64,000 nt of DNA, from contig MHIM01000034.1 in the NCBI GenBank assembly GCA_001817505.1, forward strand, positions 51,005 through 115,004, in the 5' to 3' direction. This stretch comes from Candidatus Buchananbacteria bacterium RIFCSPLOWO2_01_FULL_39_33. Lineage in GTDB: Bacteria > Patescibacteriota > Patescibacteriia > 2-01-FULL-39-33. The translations under genes and the position numbers were made by a program. The notes under the pieces were generated by a model. It made no database searches and had not been told where the DNA came from. It saw only the letters and a program-made list of their open reading frames with translations. This document shows positions 50,869 to 59,431 of the stretch, piece by piece (within the stretch, counting starts at the first letter, position 1; every line of letters begins with the position of its first letter).

Positions 50869-50946
50869 TGTCATTGCCAGGAGCTAAAAGCGACGAAGCA
50901 ATCCCAGGGGGTTGCCACGTTTCACTTCGTTTCGCTTGCAATGACA
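50869..50946. repeat. REP-like element TGTCATTGC...GAAGCAATCCC...GTTGCCACG...GCAATGACA
   Basis: Terminal inverted TGTCATTGC/GCAATGACA; related to 27961-28005. Confidence 0.7.
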
Positions 50947-50957
50947 ATTAAGTTTTT

Positions 50958-52073
50958 ATGTCCAAAGATTATTACGATATTTTGGGAGTCAAAAAAAACG
51001 CTTCCCAAGACGAAATCAAAAAAGCTTTCAGAAAACTAGCCCACGAGCACCATCCCGATAAAAATGGCGGCAGTGGCGACAAGTTTAAAGAAGTCAACGA
51101 GGCCTACCAAACTTTAGGCAATGAACAGAAACGAAAGCAATATGATCAGTTTGGCTCGTCTTTTTCTAATGGCAACGGTTTTAATTACCAAGATTTTGCC
51201 AGAGCCTCCGCCAGAGGCGGACAAGATGGATTTGGTTTTGGTAATTTTTCCGCCAAAGGCGGACCCGCCTTTGGTAGAGATTTTGGCGATTTGGGTGATT
51301 TGGGCGATATCTTTAACAGTTTTTTTTCTGCCAGAAGCGGTTCTAATACATCTCAAGCTCGAGGCGCTGACATTGAAACACGGCTGGATATAACTTTTGA
51401 AGAAGCGGTTTTCGGCACCGAAAAAAATATTGAATTATCCAAACGGGTAATTTGCCGCCATTGCCGGGGTCAAGGCGCTGAACCCGATTCAAAAATAAAC
51501 ACTTGTAAAACTTGCGGCGGTAGCGGGCGAGTTTCTTCTAGCCAGCAGACGATTTTGGGAACTTTCCAGATCCAAAGTGTTTGTTCAACTTGTCAAGGCG
51601 AAGGAAAAATCTATGAAAAGAAATGTAGCCATTGTAATGGCAGCGGAGCAGAATATGGAACTGAAAAAATAAAAGTTAAAATACCAGCCGGGCTAGAAGA
51701 CGGCCAGCAGCTGCGTTTGTCGCAAAAAGGCGAAGCCAGCCCTAAAGGCCTGGCTGGTGATCTTTATATTAATATCAGAGTCAGGCCTAGCCCGGATTTT
51801 CGCCGAGTAGGCGATGATATTAAGAGTGATTATCATCTTTCTATTGCTCAAGCGTCTTTGGGTGATAAGATTGAAATAAAAACTGTTAATGGCCCGGTTA
51901 ATTTAAAAATTCCAGCTGGCACCCAGAGTCAAACTGAATTCAAATTGGGCGGCCAAGGCGTGCCGCATCTAAGGTCGCGCGGGCGAGGCGATCATTTGGT
52001 TAGGGTGATAGTTGATATTCCTAAAAATTTAAGCAAGAAGCAAAGGAAGCTGATTGAAGAATTAGGCATTTAA
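50958..52073 (+). CDS. dnaJ: Chaperone DnaJ
   Basis: J-domain HPD, G/F region, four CxxCxGxG repeats. Confidence 0.97.
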   Translation: MSKDYYDILGVKKNASQDEIKKAFRKLAHEHHPDKNGGSGDKFKEVNEAYQTLGNEQKRKQYDQFGSSFSNGNGFNYQDFARASARGGQDGFGFGNFSAKGGPAFGRDFGDLGDLGDIFNSFFSARSGSNTSQARGADIETRLDITFEEAVFGTEKNIELSKRVICRHCRGQGAEPDSKINTCKTCGGSGRVSSSQQTILGTFQIQSVCSTCQGEGKIYEKKCSHCNGSGAEYGTEKIKVKIPAGLEDGQQLRLSQKGEASPKGLAGDLYINIRVRPSPDFRRVGDDIKSDYHLSIAQASLGDKIEIKTVNGPVNLKIPAGTQSQTEFKLGGQGVPHLRSRGRGDHLVRVIVDIPKNLSKKQRKLIEELGI

Positions 52074-52076
52074 ATT

Positions 52077-52171
52077 TAATTTAAGAATTTCTAATTTCTA
52101 ATTTCTAAACAATTTTAAAATTTAAAAATTAATTAATTGTTTAGAAATTGAAAATTATTAAATTAGAAATT
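52077..52171. repeat. Gene-less ('empty') copy of the four-helix-bundle inverted-repeat element
   Basis: TAATTTAAGAATTTCTAATTTCTAATTTCTAAACAATTTTAAAATTTAAAAAT tracks 22491-22544 up to the ORF start; right arm AATTGTTTAGAAATTGAAAATTATTAAATTAGAAATT. Confidence 0.82.
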
Positions 52172-52174
52172 GTC

Positions 52175-52717
52175 ATGATTATTATTTTAATCATCATACT
52201 TGTTATTAGTATCATTGTTACTCTAATGACACTTTCTCTTATAATTGGTTTAATCATGACTGGCGGTGTGCCTTTTATTTCTACCAGCAAAAAGGATTTC
52301 CAAAATATCTTGGAAGCGGTTGATTTAAAACCAGGGGAAATTATTTACGATTTGGGCTGTGGCAAGGCCCATTTGCTGATTTATGCGGCTAAAAAATTTG
52401 GGGCTAAAGGAGTTGGTTACGAATTAACTCTTTGGCCCTATCTCTGGGCTAAGTTAAAAATATATCTAACTAAAGCTAATGTTAAGGTTTTCCGGCAGAA
52501 TTTTTTTAAGGCCGATTTATCTCAAGCGGATGTGGTATTTTGCTATCTTTTTCCGGCGGTCATGGCTAAGTTAGAGCCGAAATTTTCTAAAGAGCTAAAA
52601 AGCGGCAATAGATTGGTTTCTTATGCTTTCAAATTACCCGATAAAATAGCTGATAAGGTGGTTATTACCAATAATGACCATGCTGAATTAGGAAAAATTT
52701 ATGTTTACAATTATTGA
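52175..52717 (+). CDS. Membrane-anchored class I SAM-dependent methyltransferase
   Basis: N-terminal TM, VPF, YDLGCGKA, DVVFCYLFP; ATG 52175. Confidence 0.85.
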   Translation: MIIILIIILVISIIVTLMTLSLIIGLIMTGGVPFISTSKKDFQNILEAVDLKPGEIIYDLGCGKAHLLIYAAKKFGAKGVGYELTLWPYLWAKLKIYLTKANVKVFRQNFFKADLSQADVVFCYLFPAVMAKLEPKFSKELKSGNRLVSYAFKLPDKIADKVVITNNDHAELGKIYVYNY

Positions 52718-52755
52718 TTGTAAAAATATTTTATAGTAGAATATAAGTCAAATTT

Positions 52756-52830
52756 GCCGCCATCGTCTAGTGGCTAGGACGTCTCCCTCTCACGGAGGCA
52801 ACCGGGGTTCAATTCCCCGTGGCGGTACCA
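52756..52830 (+). tRNA. tRNA-Glu (anticodon CTC) with encoded CCA
   Basis: GCCGCCA/TGGCGGT acceptor, anticodon loop CT-CTC-AC, T-loop GTTCAATTC, 3' ACCA. Confidence 0.95.
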
Positions 52831-52898
52831 GTAAATACTAGACCAGATTTTAGGTCTGGCTTTTTGTTTTAACCCTTTAAATATGTTAATATATTCAT

Positions 52899-53798
52899 AT
52901 GACTAAGCCATTATTAATATTGCCTTTTGACCATCGGAGTTCTTTTTCCAAGAATATCTTAGGTATAAATGGCCAATTAAATAATCAACAAAAAAAAGAA
53001 ATTGCCGACCTCAAAAAAATTATTTTTGAGGCCTTTGTTAGGGTTTTTAAAAAATACCAACCTAAGAATTATTTTGGCATTTTAGTGGATGAAGAATACG
53101 GTTGGCCGATTATCAAAGCGGCTAAAAAAATAAAAGCCGTAGTTTGCCTGCCGGTGGAAAAAAGCGGCCAGACAGAATTTAAATTTGAATATGGCAATTC
53201 TTTCGGCAGTCATATCAAAAAAATCAAGCCGGATTACGTTAAAGTTTTGGTGCGTTACAATCCTTTAAATAAAGCAACCAATAAAAAGCAATTGAAAAGA
53301 TTAAAAGAGCTGGGAATTTTCTGCCGGAAAAATAATTACCAGATTATTTTAGAGCTCTTGGTGCCGCCGACTGATTTTGATTTGAAAATAGCTAAAACCG
53401 AGATTAATTATAATAATAAATGGCGCCCCTTAAGAACCATAGAAGCTATTAAGGAAATAAAAAAGGCCATAAAGGTAGATATTTGGAAATTAGAATATTT
53501 TACTCCAGCTAATTGGCAAAAAGTAATTAAAGCGGCTGGACCAGAATCTAAAATAATTCTTTTAGGCCGGGGCGGTGATAAGTCGGTGGTAGATGATTGG
53601 ATAAGAGATGCCGCCAAATTCAAGCAGATAATCGGTTTTGCCATTGGCCGAACTATTTTCTTAGACGAGCTCAAAGAATATAAGTCCGGTAAAATAACCA
53701 GAAAAGCGGCCATTAAGAGCATAGCTAATAACTTTGATTATTTCATTCAACTCTGGGCTAAAAATAAAAAAATTACAACCCTTGACATAATTATTTAG
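52899..53798 (+). CDS. DUF2090 / class I aldolase-like protein (IolC C-terminal / LacD-like)
   Basis: LPFDHRSSF, ILVDEEYG, PVEKSG, VKVLVRYNP, DIWKLE, LGRG, GFAIGRTIF. Confidence 0.8.
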   Translation: MTKPLLILPFDHRSSFSKNILGINGQLNNQQKKEIADLKKIIFEAFVRVFKKYQPKNYFGILVDEEYGWPIIKAAKKIKAVVCLPVEKSGQTEFKFEYGNSFGSHIKKIKPDYVKVLVRYNPLNKATNKKQLKRLKELGIFCRKNNYQIILELLVPPTDFDLKIAKTEINYNNKWRPLRTIEAIKEIKKAIKVDIWKLEYFTPANWQKVIKAAGPESKIILLGRGGDKSVVDDWIRDAAKFKQIIGFAIGRTIFLDELKEYKSGKITRKAAIKSIANNFDYFIQLWAKNKKITTLDIII

Positions 53799-53810
53799 AT
53801 ATAATATAAT
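53782..53810 (+). promoter_or_regulatory. Consensus sigma70 promoter of DGR target 2
   Basis: TTGACA-17 bp-TATAAT. Confidence 0.8.
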
Positions 53811-53850
53811 GCATTGTTAATTCTTTAGGTGTTACTTACAATACTATCTA

Positions 53851-53969
53851 GATAGCCATAGCCAAAAGTGACCGATCGGTAGTTTCTGGCTATGGCTATC
53901 AACGGCTAAAGCCCTTCAACTCACGGGCAGTGAGAAATCCATGAGCTATTAGCTCAAGGGAGAAGTGCC
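53851..53969 (+). promoter_or_regulatory. Structured 5' leader of DGR target 2
   Basis: 14-bp perfect stem GATAGCCATAGCCA/TGGCTATGGCTATC, CTCAC-GGGCA-GTGAG, GAAATCC, TGAGCT-ATT-AGCTCA before the RBS. Confidence 0.6.
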
Positions 53970-54539
53970 ATGAAATATGGAAACGTAACTCTTGGAAAAA
54001 TTGAAGCAGTGTGGAATAAACTCGGTGGAGAAGATGGTGTTAATCAATTTCTTCGGGGTGAATTGACTGTCAAAGGAGCTGAATTACTAAAAAGGGTCAC
54101 GACCATGGCGGTCAGCGGCACGAAGAGGTTCGTCGCCAATGAGCATCGCAAGGAGACCAATGTCGGCTTGACCGGGAGCAACTTTGAGAAGTTGTTTCTT
54201 GAAAAAGTCGAGGAGAACGTCGGTGATGCTATCATCGCCATAGATCGCCTAGTGAGGGCGTCTTTGAATGCCTCGATCAGGGCCGAGCTGGGCAGTCGAG
54301 CCGAAATCAAGTTGGCGCACTTCTTTGAAGTGCTTAAAGCGCAGTCGGGAGGCGAAGCAGGCGTTTTGTTGGTCAACGGATATGCCAACATTGCATATAT
54401 TCGTGGAGCCGATAAAAAAGTCTGGGCCGTGGATGCTTACTGGGGCTCTGACTGCGGCTTCTGGCGTGTGGATGCCCGCTCGGTTGGGGGTCCGAGCGGG
54501 TGGTGCGCTGGCCGCCGGGTTCTCTCTCGCGATTCTTGA
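53970..54539 (+). CDS. DGR target protein 2 (remote target, paralog of 28389-29000)
   Basis: Shares LLKRVTTM..., GVLLVNGYANI, VWAV...VLSRDS; 3' end matches the TR with adenine-biased mismatches. Confidence 0.88.
   Translation: MKYGNVTLGKIEAVWNKLGGEDGVNQFLRGELTVKGAELLKRVTTMAVSGTKRFVANEHRKETNVGLTGSNFEKLFLEKVEENVGDAIIAIDRLVRASLNASIRAELGSRAEIKLAHFFEVLKAQSGGEAGVLLVNGYANIAYIRGADKKVWAVDAYWGSDCGFWRVDARSVGGPSGWCAGRRVLSRDS
54420..54530 (+). repeat. DGR variable repeat VR2
   Basis: Ungapped alignment to the TR: 20/25 adenines changed versus 10/86 other bases (8 at third codon positions). Confidence 0.85.
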
Positions 54540-54545
54540 TTTTTT

Positions 54546-54636
54546 GTGACTTTGTCATTTTGAGATTTAGTCACTCTGAATCTATAAATCTTTGGCTCTC
54601 TGACACTTTGAAAGAAGTGGAGGAGGGCCTTTTTTG
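54546..54636 (+). other. Hairpin and terminator-like structure 3' of VR2
   Basis: GTGACT...AGTCAC (co-varies with GTGATT...AATCAC after VR1), then GGCTCTC...GAGGGCC-TTTTTT. Confidence 0.6.
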
Positions 54637-54722
54637 TTTTGACAGATTATTGTTTATATGTTAATTTTTTGAGATGAGTAGAACTTTTACAAAAAGAGAA
54701 CAGACAAAAGGAAAACCATTTC

Positions 54723-55613
54723 ATGTTGATACCCAGGAAGATACCTCCTGATTTTCTTTTTAAGGAAGTCAGAAAATTAGAGAAGTCGCAAAGAAAAAGC
54801 GACATTGACGTGGTTTTAAGCGCCTTTAGGTCTTGGCGCTCAATTCAGCCGGTTGGCTATTTAAGCACTCCCATTACTACCGGCATTTTATTTTATGAGG
54901 TTTTGGCCAAGCATCAGGTTAAGACCCTGGAAGAATTATTGGCTATAAATAGCAATTTGTTGTTTGAAGAAATTATTGCACCTAATATTAATAGAGGCAT
55001 TGCCTTGGGTGATGAATTAGCTATGAGATTTAATATTCCCATCATCGTGCCGGCGGTCTTTGAAGCCAGGTCCCAGCGCTGGACGCAGGATGATTATATG
55101 TATGTCTGGTATCAGGTAATAAAGGAAATGGTTGGCCATACTATTTTGAGCGACTTTTGGGAGTATTCTAATGGCGGTGTGGAAGAATTCGTCCATTCAG
55201 CGGAAATGCAATTTAGGTTATTATCAGTGCCATTGACTGGTGGTGATTTTTTCCCTTATGTCCCGGTTGATTTGTTTCCCGATAGATTTGTCGGTCAAAA
55301 AATAGAATTCCCTGAAGAAACAATGAAAATAACCGATGAACGCGGTTTAGCTGTCAGAATTGAAGAAGGAGCCATGAAAATCAGCGAAGCTGTTGTCAAT
55401 CTTTATCGGCGCGGCTTTAGGGCTGTTAAGCTCTTAGTTCTTTTAAAGCAACTGGTTGATATTGCCCATTGCGTCAATTGGCATTGGCAAACCAAACAGT
55501 ATCGGGATTATGGCCTGACGCCTCATTATCTGATAAATAAAAAATTAGTTGACAGATATTGGCAGATAGCTTTAGCGGCTGCAGGGGAAAACCGGCCAGA
55601 GCTGGAGTTGTAA
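54723..55613 (+). CDS. Hypothetical protein
   Basis: 296-aa ORF; YLSTPITTG and WEYSNGGVEE motifs suggest a conserved alpha/beta domain. Confidence 0.75.
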   Translation: MLIPRKIPPDFLFKEVRKLEKSQRKSDIDVVLSAFRSWRSIQPVGYLSTPITTGILFYEVLAKHQVKTLEELLAINSNLLFEEIIAPNINRGIALGDELAMRFNIPIIVPAVFEARSQRWTQDDYMYVWYQVIKEMVGHTILSDFWEYSNGGVEEFVHSAEMQFRLLSVPLTGGDFFPYVPVDLFPDRFVGQKIEFPEETMKITDERGLAVRIEEGAMKISEAVVNLYRRGFRAVKLLVLLKQLVDIAHCVNWHWQTKQYRDYGLTPHYLINKKLVDRYWQIALAAAGENRPELEL

Positions 55614-55750
55614 GACCGCTTTTAATTGATAAACCAACGCCTAAAACCATAGGCGTTTTTTATTTTAGGTAAATGGGATAATATACATACATACTCTTTA
55701 AAAATTCTGTAATTTTGCTATAATGGACTTGAATTATTAATATTTCTTTT

Positions 55751-57406
55751 ATGAAAAAATTGTTAAAAAATAAGCTCTTTTGGCTGATGTTGGTGGTAGT
55801 TGTAGCGGTTGGCGGCTGGATTATTGTTAAAGTGGTTGGCGGCGGCGAGAAAATTGAATATACCACTGAAGTCGCCAAGCGCGGCAATTTAATTCAAACA
55901 GTAACTGCTACCGGTGCGGTGGCTTCGGCCGAAGAAATTGATTTGAATTTTAAAACGCCAGGCAAATTGGCCAGATTAGCGGTCAAAGAAGGCGATAAAG
56001 TAAAAGCCAAGCAATTTTTAGCCGGCTTAAATGCCGCCGGCTTATCAGCCCAAGTCGCTCAATATCAGGCCAATGTCGCTGCCGCTCAAGCTGATTTGGA
56101 AAAAATTAAAGCCGGTTCTTCAGCGGAAGAAATCCAGGTTTATGAAGAAAAATTTATTAAAGCCAAAAATGATCTTAACACTTTAACAGGCAAAAGGGAT
56201 AACGAATTGCCAACACTAAGAGAAAAGGCCTTAAATGAATTGAATAATGCAATTTTTACCATCGCTGTGGCTTTGAATACGGTTTATAATTATTTGATTA
56301 ATGACAACACTACCAATGATTTGCAAGTTACTGATACTACTGCCTTAAATCAATTGGAGATTGATTATTCAGCAGTTTTGGAAAAATTCAATGAGGCTAA
56401 AATAAAAGTTGATTTAGCCAAAGCCGACAGATCAAATGAGACAATCATCAGCGCCGCCGAGTCCATAGCAGCTGTTTTATCGGCTTTAAATTCTTTTTTG
56501 GATGACTCTTTTAAGATAGCTGATTCAATAATTGTTAATTCCACTTACACCCAAACCAAAAAGGACACCATTAAATCCGATATCACTACTGAACAGTCAA
56601 ACAGCAATACCTCAATCACTTCTCTGCAAACGGCCAAATCCAACCTAATCAATTCTATTAATAGTTATGCTTCTCTGGTGCAAGCAGCGGAAAATACTCT
56701 GACTATTGCTGAAGCCGAGCTTAATTTAACCAAGGCCGAACCCAGGAGCTTTGAAATCAGCGCGGCTCAAGCTAAAGTGGACCAAGCTCAAGCCCAGCTG
56801 GATCAGGCCTTGGCGGACTTAAGCGAATACAGCTTAATAGCTCCCATTGACGGCATTATCACTGAAGTCAATTTCAGTTTAGGCGAGCAGACCAGCGTTA
56901 CTACTCCCGCTCTTAAAATGATCAGTCTGGAGAAATTTGAAATCAAAGTTGATATTCCAGAGTCCGACATCGCCAAATTAACTGTCGGCGACAAGGCGGT
57001 GATTGAATTGGATGCTTTTAGCTCGGACCATTTATTTTCTGGCCAGGTTGCCTTTATTGATCCGGCCCAGACGGTAGTCCAGGATGTGATTTATTATAAG
57101 ACCACTGTTAGTTTGGAAGCTAACGACTGGACGGATAAAATCAAATCCGGCATGAGCGCCGATGTCACTATCACTACTGACCGGCAAGATGATGTGATTT
57201 ATATACCTCAAAGAGCGGTCAAGATACGCGAAGCCTCTTTGGGCGAAGTACCTCAAAAATACGTTGAGGTCTTGGTTAGTAATAAAGTTGAGGAAAAAAT
57301 TGTAACCATCGGCTTGCGCGGCGACAATGGGTTAGTAGAAATTGTCAGCGGCCTTAACGAGGGCGATCAAGTAATCACTTTCAAAAAAACCAACGGCAAA
57401 AAATAA
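55751..57406 (+). CDS. MacA-like periplasmic adaptor subunit
   Basis: N-terminal TM, VKEGDKVK lipoyl half, long helical hairpin, APIDG, GLNEGDQV. Confidence 0.9.
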   Translation: MKKLLKNKLFWLMLVVVVAVGGWIIVKVVGGGEKIEYTTEVAKRGNLIQTVTATGAVASAEEIDLNFKTPGKLARLAVKEGDKVKAKQFLAGLNAAGLSAQVAQYQANVAAAQADLEKIKAGSSAEEIQVYEEKFIKAKNDLNTLTGKRDNELPTLREKALNELNNAIFTIAVALNTVYNYLINDNTTNDLQVTDTTALNQLEIDYSAVLEKFNEAKIKVDLAKADRSNETIISAAESIAAVLSALNSFLDDSFKIADSIIVNSTYTQTKKDTIKSDITTEQSNSNTSITSLQTAKSNLINSINSYASLVQAAENTLTIAEAELNLTKAEPRSFEISAAQAKVDQAQAQLDQALADLSEYSLIAPIDGIITEVNFSLGEQTSVTTPALKMISLEKFEIKVDIPESDIAKLTVGDKAVIELDAFSSDHLFSGQVAFIDPAQTVVQDVIYYKTTVSLEANDWTDKIKSGMSADVTITTDRQDDVIYIPQRAVKIREASLGEVPQKYVEVLVSNKVEEKIVTIGLRGDNGLVEIVSGLNEGDQVITFKKTNGKK

Positions 57407-58134
57407 TGAGCCAAGATATCATTATCAAGGTTGAGAATTTAAAAAAGGATTATGTCAATGATGAAATAGTCACCGAAGTTCTTGATAATCTTAATTTTGA
57501 AGTGGCCAAGGGGGAATTTTTAGCGATCATGGGGCCATCGGGCTCCGGCAAATCAACTTTAATGCACTTGCTGGGATTTTTAGATACGCCGACTTCAGGC
57601 AGATATATTTTTAAAGGCAATGATGTTTCCAATTTGAGCGATGATGAATTGGCTAAAATCCGAAATGAAGAAGTTGGCTTTGTTTTCCAAACATTTAATT
57701 TATTGCCTAAGACCACTGTTTTTGACAATGTTAAGCTCCCGCTTTTATACAGCCGGCTCAAAGACCGCGATAGGCGAGTGACAGAGGCGATTACAGCCGT
57801 CGGCTTATTGCACCGCCTGAATAATCTTTCTAATCAGCTTTCCGGCGGCGAAAGGCAGAGGGTGGCGATTGCCAGAGCGCTAGTTACCAACCCCAGCGTT
57901 ATTTTCGCCGATGAACCGACTGGCAATTTAGATACTAAATCCGGCCAGGTGATTATGGGGATTTTAGAAAAACTCAACAATGAAGGCCACACGATAATTT
58001 TAGTCACTCATGAGCAATATACCGCTCAGCACGCCCAAAGGATAATTAAGATTATAGACGGCCAGATAGTTAGCGATGAAAAAGTCAGCGCCAGGCGATC
58101 ATCGTTAAATGGCAATGATATTTTCTTGAAATAA
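57406..58134 (+). CDS. ABC transporter ATP-binding protein (MacB/LolD type)
   Basis: GPSGSGKST, LSGGERQRVAIARAL, ADEPTGNLD. Confidence 0.95.
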   Translation: MSQDIIIKVENLKKDYVNDEIVTEVLDNLNFEVAKGEFLAIMGPSGSGKSTLMHLLGFLDTPTSGRYIFKGNDVSNLSDDELAKIRNEEVGFVFQTFNLLPKTTVFDNVKLPLLYSRLKDRDRRVTEAITAVGLLHRLNNLSNQLSGGERQRVAIARALVTNPSVIFADEPTGNLDTKSGQVIMGILEKLNNEGHTIILVTHEQYTAQHAQRIIKIIDGQIVSDEKVSARRSSLNGNDIFLK

Positions 58135-58149
58135 AATTATTAAGTTAAG

Positions 58150-59385
58150 ATGACTTTGCTTGATGGTTTAAAATTAGCTATGGCTGTGTTGCGAACTAAC
58201 AAGGTTCGCAGTTTTTTAACTAGCTTGGGAATCATTATCGGCATTGCCGCGGTGATTATTATTATGTCGGTGGGCGCCGGCGCCCAAAGCTTGATTATCA
58301 ATCAGCTTAATTCAGTTGGCACCAATTTAGTCGGTATCTTGCCTGGCGCTTCCGATGCCAACGGGCCGCCGGCTTCGGTTTTGGGGATTGTCGTTACTAC
58401 GCTTAAATACGAGGACGCTTTGGCTATTAAAAAAGAGATTCCCAATGCTTCAGCAGTCAGTTCTTATAATTCCGGAGTCGGCGCTATCAGTTACCAGAAT
58501 AATTCAGTTGATGCTAATTTTACCGGCGTGATGAGTGATTATCTTAATGTTGAAAATACGGCCATACTTTTAGGCCGGTTTTTTACTGCCGAAGAAGAAA
58601 AGGAAACAGTTAGAGTGGCAGTTTTGGGCTACCAAACCTGGCAAGATTTATTTAATGGCGATAATCCTCTGGGCAAAAGAATTAAGATAAAAAAAGAATC
58701 ATTTGAGGTTATCGGGGTTATGAAGGAGCGCGGTTCGGCTGCTTTTCAAAATCAAGATGACCTGGTTTTAATGCCGGTTTCTACCGCCCAAAAAATAATG
58801 CTGGGAGTCAATTATGTCAATTATATCCGGGTCAAGGTCAATAAGGCGGACGCTCTAGACCAAGTGGCTGAAGATATTAAATTTTTGCTCCGCGACCGCC
58901 ATGATATCAGGATTGATGGCACTGATGACTTTTCTGTCAGAAATACCAAAGATGCCATTGACGCTCTTTTAACCATTACCAACGCTTTAAAGTTTTTTTT
59001 GGCAGCTATTGCCGCTATTTCCTTGATTGTCGGCGGCGTTGGGGTGATGAATATTATGCTGGCTTCGGTCAGTGAAAGAATCAGGGAGGTGGGACTGCGA
59101 AAAGCAGTTGGCGCCAGCCGTTCACATATTATGATTCAATTTATTTTAGAAACCATGGCCATTACTTTAGTTGGCGGCTTGATCGGTATTATTTTAGGCG
59201 GTCTGGTATCAGCTGTGGTTTCTTTAGTGGCTAATTATTTGGGCTATAAATGGGATTTAGTGGTATCGCTCAATTCTATTTGGCTGGGCACAGGGGTAGC
59301 GGCTGTTATTGGCTTGATTTTCGGACTTTATCCGGCTAGGCGGGCGGCCAAATTAGATCCGATAGAGGCCTTAAGATATGAATGA
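58150..59385 (+). CDS. MacB-like ABC permease 1
   Basis: RSFLTSLGIIIG, GGVGVMNIML, ERIREVGLRKAVGA, DPIEALRYE. Confidence 0.93.
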   Translation: MTLLDGLKLAMAVLRTNKVRSFLTSLGIIIGIAAVIIIMSVGAGAQSLIINQLNSVGTNLVGILPGASDANGPPASVLGIVVTTLKYEDALAIKKEIPNASAVSSYNSGVGAISYQNNSVDANFTGVMSDYLNVENTAILLGRFFTAEEEKETVRVAVLGYQTWQDLFNGDNPLGKRIKIKKESFEVIGVMKERGSAAFQNQDDLVLMPVSTAQKIMLGVNYVNYIRVKVNKADALDQVAEDIKFLLRDRHDIRIDGTDDFSVRNTKDAIDALLTITNALKFFLAAIAAISLIVGGVGVMNIMLASVSERIREVGLRKAVGASRSHIMIQFILETMAITLVGGLIGIILGGLVSAVVSLVANYLGYKWDLVVSLNSIWLGTGVAAVIGLIFGLYPARRAAKLDPIEALRYE

Positions 59386-59431
59386 TTGAAATTCAAAATC
59401 CAAAATCCAAAAATCAAAACTAAGGAAAAAT

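Noticed and set aside
52756-55613. Integrated island at tRNA-Glu
   Set aside because: No duplicate of the tRNA-Glu 3' end and no integrase were seen.
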